DNA of 64,000 bases, from positions 4,302,250 through 4,366,249 of the forward strand of contig CM119268.1 in the NCBI GenBank assembly GCA_051294375.1. The letters run 5' to 3'. The stretch's first letter is position 1; each line of letters opens with the position of its first letter. Shown one piece after another: positions 14,563 to 24,495 of this stretch. This stretch comes from Paraspadella gotoi (taxonomy: Eukaryota > Animalia > Chaetognatha). The position numbers and the translations under genes are program-made. The notes under the pieces were generated by a model, which did no database searches, was not told the DNA's origin, and saw nothing but the letters and a program-made list of their open reading frames with translations.

Positions 14563-15667
14563 TAATTAAAGTGAATGAAAATATTCATATACCTCGTAGC
14601 AATAAATCCGTTTTGTTTTTTAATTGCTTGAAAAGTTTTTTTTTTTTTTGCTTAAATACCAGATGATTATGAAAAAAGTTTCTTTAATTATGAATACAAA
14701 TGTTTCTTTTATTTCGTTTTTAAACTTTGTGTTAATGAGTTAAAGAAGAAAGAAAAACAAAAATGATGTTGATCTTGATTTATTCAAGCTTAACGCATCT
14801 TTTTTTGTTTTGTTTTTTTTTTGTTGGTTTTTTTTTAATAATTTGGGGTTTTTTTTTTAAGATTAAAAAAAAATTTGTTCCGTTCCAGAATAGTTTAATA
14901 ATACGCATAATGGACATAAGTTTTGTATCTACTATTTAAAAACTTAAAAGAAGAAAAAATAAAGAATATTACCTACACAATCTATTTCTAGAAGCAGTAT
15001 TATATAAAAAACTCACAAGAAGGCGAATTTTGAATTTTTCTTTGTTCAAAAATTGGAACAGGCTTTGATACAAAAACGATGGCTTGGTTTCTCAAAAAAT
15101 GTAATACTTTTTTTTAAAAAATTATATTTTCAAAAGTTACAACGATTTTTAAACTATGGACGTGACGCGGAAAGTGAGTTAACCTTACCCTATAACCTTA
15201 CCTAAATATAATCCCCTTATCCCCTTATCGAGCTATCGTTTATGATCGTTGGGGACATAATATTCATAATATTCAAAATATCAATTTCCCTTTCTTCTTG
15301 TGAGTTTAAAAAAGAAAGAGAAAACTCAGTGGCCGTTCCAAGCTGAATAAGAATAAATCTAGGATAGAAATAAATCTTCTTTACCTTTCAACTCTTTTTT
15401 TAATTATTCAATTATTTTTGTCCGTCTTCCCCCCCCCCAAAAAAAAAGAAAGAGAAAAATGATGGGAATAGTATTTTCATCGTTAAACAGACGCGCGTTT
15501 CTATTCGCTTGCGAACCGTCACATATAAGTCACTATATTAAAGCTAAACATCAAAGATATAACAAGAAAAACTAACAATAAGATGAATAACATCGCAAAA
15601 TGTCGTCCCTCTATCGGACGATGAAGTACCGTTCTTTTGTTTAAAACACAGCACGAAATCAATGAAC

Positions 15668-15745
<78 letters not shown>

Positions 15746-16069
15746 AGAGATTTAGGCTTAGAGGATAGGGGGACGAATTATTTTTCGCCTCTCATTTAAA
15801 AAAAATCGTGAATTTCTTGTTTTCTTTTTTTTTTTTTGTGAATGTAGTAGATCATGATAATGATTTTTATTTGTTTTTTTTTTTGATAGAGAAATACTTC
15901 GAATCTTATCGAATTGTTTCTTCTTGTCAACTTGTGTGGTAAATTTGTAAAAAGTGCGGTTTTTTTTTATATTAGATTCAAAAGTTTGTTTCTTCGTTTA
16001 GAGAAACAGTTTCGTATTTTGTCTTCTTTTTTTTTTCAAAAACCGGCGGTCGAGAGAGAAATATAATCG

Positions 16070-16141
<72 letters not shown>

Positions 16142-17932
16142 AGAGAAATGTAGTAAAGAGTTGTGCATATAAACGAACAATTTTTTACCCTAACAACTTG
16201 GCGTAACAATCGTACAGTATATCATAATAATACAACAACACGCCCTTTTTTCGCGTTAAGTATATCACGTGAGATTGGGGGATTTTATATTACATAGGAT
16301 GTTTTTAAATCCGTAATTTTTTTTTTTTTGGTGGGACAAATCTTACGGTCACCGGTCAGGATTCGAGGCAAAAATTCTTCCTTTGTTTTTTCGGGTTTGC
16401 AACAAATTGTCAGTTATATGATTTTTCCCCCTCGTTCTTTAAAAGTACAATTTCACTCTATTTCGTTTTACGCATTGTAACATTTAAAGATAACAAGTAA
16501 GGCAGACAACTTCTGTTTGTGTTTTTTTTTTAATAGTCACAACAACGGGATTATAATAGCTTCATTAGTTTTTACATATACATCGATACTAATATCATTC
16601 TTTCTTTGCAATGAAACGTCTTTGTTTGTAAATAGGATCTTCGCGAGAATTTTTTTGCGTTTTGTTTAATTCTTTGTAGACTTTTTTTTTCTTTCATGAA
16701 TTTGAAAATAAATTCATCCGTTTGAAAGATTTTTTTCTTCTTCGAGCACTCACATAAAAAGGCAGAAATAAGGAAAAGCATATCGCGAACTCTGACTGTT
16801 CATTTGTTTCGTTATCACCTTCCGTCACCGGAAACTTCCGCCCTCTGAAGTACAAAAAATTAAGCAAATCTCAAAAAAAAAGAAGTGAGCAGCAGCATGT
16901 TGACAAAAGAAAAGATCATTCCCGTTTAAACATAGTGAAAGCTTGGCAACCTATGCAAGCTGACGAGAATTTCTCTTTGGTTTTCGTACGAAAAAAAAAA
17001 TTCGGTGAAATTAACGTCGAAATTATTCAAAACACGCGATTAGTTTCATTTTTTTTTAAATGTTAAAAAAAATATTAACAAACACATACAACGATATAAC
17101 TTTCGCGGAATTTTCCTCATTTAATGAAGTGATTGCATTATTAATGAGTTTAATTCACGGACATGATTCATCATTACACGACACAGAACAAGGTGTACGA
17201 GTCACTCACACACAAAAGGGGGAAATTTCTTCAGGAAAATTTGTATACAAGTATATAACTGTTTTTTTTTTTATTTAGTCACTCGTTACAATAGATGAAA
17301 ACGGTCTGCTCTCGAGGGAGCTTTTTTTGCAAGTTAAAATATCTGTCGGCAAGGGATTTGTTTTATCAAGTGGATTTTTCTTTCTGGTTCTTTTATCAGA
17401 TTGTTCTTTTGTTGAATCGGATAATTTCATGTTCCAGTGTCGCTAAAATTAAAATCTCTGGCTTCAACTTAAAGTTCAAGTTTCGTTAGAACCGCGTCAT
17501 CGCATCGTCGACGTTCTTTTCGCTTTAAATTATGTGTGTTTGTATATTTCTTCTTTCATTGTTATATTTATTTTATATATTCATTTTTTATTTATTTACT
17601 AATTTAGTTCTAAGTTAAACAATTAAATCTTTAAAATAAAGAAATTAAAATCTGTACATCGCGACTTAGAAAAAAAAAAAGAGAAAATATTAAAAATTAA
17701 CCGTAGGCACTAATTTCGTGAGAATATTTTTTCTTGGAGTACAAAGTGATTCAGAGAAATCACGTTATTTTCAATTAAAACTATTTAAAATTAGACTAAA
17801 AAAAAAACAACAACAACAAAAAAACAATTTGTGCAAAATAAGAAAAAAAAAGTTTTCATTTTACGATTCTTTTTTTCCCACTCCCAATTCTCACTCGCTC
17901 TCACTCTCACTCTCACTCACTCTCTCATTCCC

Positions 17933-18321
17933 TCACAGCAGAGCATCCCTCTCCTCGGGGCCGTTGTAGCCCCGGCGGCCGCCCTTCGGGGGCAGATGGA
18001 CCGAGGGATACTTGGCGGCGTCGTTGAAGGCTGGCGGCGGGGGCGGCGGCGCTGCACCGGCTTGGGTCATGGACGAGTGCAGGGGCGGGGCATGCGCCCC
18101 CACGGCCCCTCTCATCCCGCAGAACGTCCTGGGGGTCATCTCGAGAGCCCCCCGCGGCTCGCCGCCCCCTCTGGGCACCGAGGGGCCGCGGAATCTTGGG
18201 CCAAATTTCGATGGCGGAGAAGAGGAAGTCGGTCGGCGCGACGACGACGACGACGACGCCGCTTCCTCCGCCGCGTGAAATGAGTGAGAGGGCGTGAAGG
18301 TGGCGCCCTCGTTAATGTAGC
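17933..18321 (-). CDS. Candidate GluN1 terminal coding exon (ends ...GPEERDALL*)
   Basis: ccatcccag|[16 protein letters not shown]...[42 protein letters not shown]; 128 open codons plus stop in the phase predicted by the previous exon; followed by AT-rich UTR-like DNA. Confidence 0.7.
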
Positions 18322-21300
18322 CTGGGATGGGGGGTTGATTGTTTGATTGATTTAATTGATTTGATTGATTTGATTGATTTGATTGATTTGATTGACTTGA
18401 TTGATTTGATTGATCTGATTGATTTGATTGATTTGATTGATTTGATTGATTTGATTTACTTTAGAAATGATTGCGTGATTGAATAACTAATATATTCATT
18501 TATTGATTAATCACATTATAAATATATTAATTATTTCTTTTAATCACTTATTCATTGATTGATCGATTTATCCATTCATTTAGTAATGTATTCATTAGTC
18601 CGACTTTTCCCGCATTCATTTATTAAATTATCTATTCATTAATACGTTCAATTGGTTCATAAATTCATTCAATGATCGCGATTTATTTAATTAATTAAAT
18701 TAATTTAATTAATTTATATTTGTTTTCTAATCCTCACCTCTTCGACTCATCCCTTCCCTCGAAACGGGCGACAAACTGGAAGACGTTGTTCTCCTTGAGG
18801 CGCCTGAAGTCGGCGCCGGTTGAACCCTGGAGGGTTTGAAGGAGGGGGTTACGGTGGGGGGGGGGAGGGTTTGAAGGGGAGGTGTGGAGAAATTTCGTGG
18901 GCGAGTGGGCGGGTGGGATGTGGATGTCAGAGGAGTTTACATTTGGGTTTACATTTGAGTTTAGATTTGGGTTTAGATTTGAGTTTAGATTTGAGTTTAG
19001 ATTTGAGTTTAGATTTGGGTTTAGATTTGAGTTTAGATTTGGGTCATTGCGTCTCATCGGGCGATGGGAAAAAAAGTTCCGAGGGAGGGTTTAAATTGAA
19101 CAAGACAAAGTCAAAATACTTTCTAACTTGCGAAATAATTTTTTTCTCATAAATCTGAGATTGAGAATATTTATCGAAAACTGTTATCATGTAAACTTTG
19201 TATCGATTACAGTTTAAAGTCTTTTTTTCTCCGCTTTTGTATTTGTTACGGATCAGAGTTTCGAGGTTTCACCTGTAGGCATTCGCGGCGTTGATGTTTG
19301 ACGGGGAGATGGGCGCACTTCCGAATTGACCTGACGCGGGAGGGAGGAAAAACCTCTGATTGGCTTAATTTAGTGATAGACTAGAAACCCGATCGGCTTA
19401 GGAAATTTTATACATATAAATTTAGAATAGATGGTTAAATATAGGTACTTTAATGTTTACTCATGTAATGAATATGTTATTAAATAGTGGCTGCGCCAAT
19501 ACATGTAAATCACTTTCAAGGGCTTAAAATGAACTGTTACTGCGCCCATTAAAACATTTTGGTATTTTCAAAAATATTTTATAAATCAAAACAATATTAT
19601 TTTTGTTTTGATATATGATACATGATTAAAATTCTTTGATAAAGACATAGAATAAGAAATAGAAGAAAATAAAATAGAATTAAAAAAAATATTTATTAAA
19701 AAATATCAAAAAAAAGATGTAAGATAATAAAGATGCTATTGAAGATCTAGCAGGTGCAGATAAAGTTTATTTTGAATGTTCCTTCCTTTTTTTTAAAACC
19801 CTCTAGCAGAATAGGGTGAAAACACAATGAAAAATTAATGGGTCTGTTCTTTTGTTTCAGAAAAAGGATTAAAACCTATGGTGGAAGTACTGAAACTAAA
19901 ATTGATTGCTATTTTATTTTTGAAAATGTTCTTTTGTTTATGAAGTCTTCTGGTTTATTAAGACTAAAATTTGCTATTTTGTGTAAAGTGAAGTAAGTGA
20001 AGATCTAGTGGGTGCAGACAGAAGAGCAAATTTCTATAGAAAGTAAAGGGAAAATGCTGATAGTAGAGAAAAAGAAAAGGAAAAGTTATATAGACGGGAA
20101 AGAATATTAAAAAAAAATTTGTACAATTTCATGGGTTAAGTAAATCAATATTTAGTGAATTTTTTAATTTAGTAATATTTTTCCACAAAAAAACTTTCAT
20201 TCATCGTTTTCAATATTGGTCTCCATCTTTTGATGCAACCCACCCCATCCACCCTCTCCTTCACTCACCCAAACTCAACCTTACCTCCTCCACCTCCAAG
20301 AGGCTGCGGCGGCGCCGGCGTTGCGCTTTTGTTTTTTGCTGCGAGGGTCGGCGGCCATCCTTTATCACGAGGGGAGCCACTGCCGTCCATCTGGTGGCGA
20401 AAAGAAGGGAGGAAGATGAGAAAGGAAAGGAAAAGAGAGGAAAGGGAAAGACAAATATTTTGTTTGTGAAAATAATTTTTAAAAAATTAATATTGTGTTA
20501 ATTTCCTCTCGTTTCGTTGTTTATGTAGATTTAGATAAAAACAAAGTTTATTTGTTTATTTATAACGATTTTTTATTTCACATAGGGACATGTTTCGGCT
20601 TTATGTGAAATAAAAAATCGTTGTAAATAAACTAATAAACTTTATTTTTCTCTAATAAAATAATAAAATAAATTAGAAAGGAAAACAATATTTCGTTTAA
20701 ATCGACGAATATATGCTTTAACAATTTTCTCGTTTCATAATAATAATAAAAACTCCATCCCGCGTGTTTACCTTAAAAGGCGAGGAACTGATAAGCCACC
20801 GGTCGGATTTTTTGTTAATCACAGAATTTTCTTTGGGCGGGAGGGGTTTTCCCTTAGGACCAACTCCTCCTCCTCCTCCTCCTCCTCCTCCTCCTCCCTG
20901 GGGATATTTCTCCCCCGCTACTCCGCCCGACACCTCTCCGCTCCAGCCCGTCTCCGGATTGGTCCACCCCACTGGGCTGGCCACCCAGAGTCCCGGCTTG
21001 TCTGCGAACTCGAAGAATCGCTGCTCCCGCGCGCGCAAGGCCGCCTCTCTCTCTTCGTGGTGAAGGAGCAACGTGCGCCGGAGAATCTGTGTGTGTGTGT
21101 GTGTGTGTGTGTTTGTGTGTGCGCATGATTGTGAGGGCGAAATGTGGGACGTTAAAAAATATATTAAGAAAATTTAGAAATGACTAGAGAAGAAACGAAT
21201 GATGAGAGAAGAGAGAATATAGAAAACGAGCACGAGAGAGAGAGAGAGAATAGAGAGAGAAAGAGAGTAGACGTAGGAGAGAGAGAGAGAGAGAGAGAGA

Positions 21301-24300
21301 GAACGAGACAGACAAGATAGAAAATATGAGAAATTGTCGAGTGAAAAAGGAAAAGTGGGAAAGAAGGAAAACGAAGGGAAAAAAGGAAAGAATATAAAAA
21401 AAAGGAAAGAAGAAGAAAGGAAAGAAGGAAAAGAAAGAAGCTGAAAGAGAATTAAATGCGCGAAGAAGAAATGAAGGAGGCGAGAAAAATGTTTCTCGCA
21501 ATTTTTTTTCATTTGCATTTTCTAATTGAATTCTTTTTAGTTGCGCCGCAAGTACTCGCGGAGCAACTCTATAAGTCACTTTTCGGTCGGTCCGTCGGTC
21601 TGACGGTATGTCTGTCCACCGGTCTGTCCCACTTACGTTGAAAATGCTTATAAGTTATAATATAACTTGCCTTTAGTTCATTGCTCATTTGTTGAAACAG
21701 GAAAAAACCTCAAATCTAGGCGACTCTTAGCGCCGCCTTTTGTTTTTAAAGAAATCTTATAAATAATAAGGAAAAAAAGACGTGATTACGATGCAGAGAG
21801 TGTCGTATATACACGGAAATCCAATCTCTAGGCAAGGGATAAGAAAGTAAAAATAAAAGTAATGCGGCGCAACACCTTTTGAATAACCGTTCCTTGTTTC
21901 TCCCCTAGAGTTCCTTTATTCTTTTTTTAATAAAAATTTTAAAATCAAAGTCTTTACTCAATANNNNNNNNNNNNNNNNNNNNNNNNNNNNNNNNNNNNN
22001 NNNNNNNNNNNNNNNNNNNNNNNNNNNNNNNNNNNNNNNNNNNNNNNNNNNNNNNNNNNNNNNNNNNNNNNNNNNNNNNNNNNNNNNNNNNNNNNNNNNN
22101 NNNNNNNNNNNNNNNNNNNNNNNNNNNNNNNNNNNNNNNNNNNNNNNNNNCTTTTTCTTAGCTATGTTCCCTCTCCATTTATCCATAGTGATTTGGGCAA
22201 TTTCTTTTTCTCTGTCTCGTAGACCGCGTCTTCTCTTGTAGCAAATTTCAACGGCAATGATGCCGATCCCTGTAAAAGAAATAAAAACCTAAATACTATA
22301 AAGTGTGGAATTTATGGATTTAATTTGTTAAAAATTGACTGTTAAGTATTTATGTTAAAGTTAAAGTATAAGTTTAAAATTAAGTTTAAACTTTAAATTT
22401 TCATTTTAATTTATGAATATCCATATTAATCTAGGAATTTACAGGGTATTCTTTTCTACATTAATTTCATTTTTCCTCCTTATTTATAAGTACTTTTAGC
22501 TTAACATATTCAAACACCAAGATAACCTTTTCTAACTTATAAATTCCAGCGTTTTTAATCATTCTTAAAACTAATTATAATTCTTAAATTAATGATTCAA
22601 ATTCAACCCGTAATATTGTAACGGGATTCCCTAGTCTCGCCTGTTACAATGCCCCCCGCAACCATCATGAAAACCCCCGCCATGTTTTTGAGCCGCAGCG
22701 TCGCTGGTTGGTTCTTGTCCCTTTCGTCGCAATTTTGGATCTGAATCCACTTTTTGTCTAAACTCTCCATGTATCCCTGGAGAGAAAAAAATAGGTAAGT
22801 TTGGGTGGGATTTATACTTGGAAAAGATGGTTTGTATCTCGGCTCCGGATAAACGATAGGCAATGGAAACACTATTGTAATACTATCTCTTGGTCCCTTA
22901 CTTATAGTTTATCCTTTATTTTTAAATATTCATAAAAACGATCACAACAGCAACAACAACAGCAGCAGCAGCAACAACAACAACAACAACAACTACGATA
23001 ACAAAAATACACAACAACGCTCACAACAACTAAAAAATAGAAAACATCAACAAAATAAAAACAAACTATCAAACAACACAAAGAACAATCACCTGTTCGT
23101 GAAGTTCAAGAATCATGAGAGAAAGTTGCGATTGCCAGAGATTATTTTGCCTGAGTCCGATGCCGTAGGAAGATCTTCCAAAGAGCTCTGGTATGGGAGA
23201 GAGAGAAGTGGTGAGAGAGAGAGAGTAGAGACGAGAGAGAGAGAGAGAGAGGAGAGAGAAGAGAGAGAGAGAGATGAGAGGAGAGAGAGAGAGAGAAGAG
23301 GTGTTTAAGAGAGAGAGAGAGAGAAAGGACTACCCCGGCTGTGACAAGCTGCACGTTATCATCCTCCCATTCTTTTTTGTGACGACACGTCTTTGAGGCT
23401 TCAAATTCTAGACGAGAACTGAAAGTCGAAAAAGGAGAAGTTTTAACAAATCGTCAAAAAATCTACGTTTAGAAGTTACACAAATACTAAACATATATTT
23501 GTTAATTGCTAGGTCTGGTAGAGAAAAAATCTTTCGTACAACTTTAACGAAAATCTGGACAAAAGGCTATCGTACTTCGTTGGACAACCGATATATATAA
23601 GATCCATATGAAGAGATTTTTAAACTTTAAATTTTCATTTTAATTTATGAATATCCATAAATTAATCTAAGAATTACAGGGTATTCTTTTCTACATTAAT
23701 TTCATTTTTCCTCCTTATTTAAAAGTACTTTTAGCTTAACATATTCAAACACCAAGATAACCTTTTCTAACTTATAAATTCCAGCGTTTTTAATCATTCT
23801 TAAAACTAATTATAATTCTTAAATTAATGATTCAATTCAACCCGTAATATTGTTAACGGGATTCCTTACTCGCCTGTTAAATGCCCCCGCAACCATCATG
23901 AAAACCCCCGCCATGTTTTTGAGCCGCAGCGTCGCTGGTTGGTTTTTGTCCCTTTCGTCGCAATTTTGGATCTGAATCCACTTTTTGTCTAAACTCTCCA
24001 TGTATCCCTGGAGAGAAAAAAAATAGGTAAGTTTGGGTGGGATTTATACTTGGAAAAGATGGTTGTATCTCGGCTCCGGATAAACGATAGGCAATGGAAA
24101 CACTATTGTAATACTATCTCTTGGTCCTTACTTATAGTTTATCCTTTATTTTTAAAATATTCATAAAAACGATCAGCAACAGCCAACAACACAGCAGCAG
24201 CACAAACAACAACAACAACACTACGATAACAAAAATACACAACAACGCTCACAACAACTAAAAAATAGAAAACATCAACAAAAAAAAAAAAAACTTTCAA

Positions 24301-24447
24301 AAACAACAACAAAAGAACAAATCACCTGTTCGTGAAGTTCAAGAATCATGAGAGAAAGTTGCGATTGCCAGAGATTATTTTTGCCTGAGTCCGATGCCGT
24401 AGGAAGATCTTCCAAAGAGCTCTGGTATGGGAGAGAGAGAAGTGGTG

Positions 24448-24495
<48 letters not shown>

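Larger units (their letters stand above)
7212..18540. repeat. ~5.3-kb near-identical direct duplication (7212-12479 and 13253-18540)
   Basis: Collinear from gaggggccggtt to the (TTGATTGAT)n tract; differences are mostly 1-bp indels and microsatellite length; copies are separated by short N gaps. Confidence 0.95.

Noticed and set aside
21876-21904. Possible 29-nt tail exon ([10 protein letters not shown]) bridging the M4 exon to the tail exons
   Set aside because: Its end phase fits, but the acceptor lacks a pyrimidine tract, the donor (GTGTTG) is weak and the upstream exon end is in a gap.
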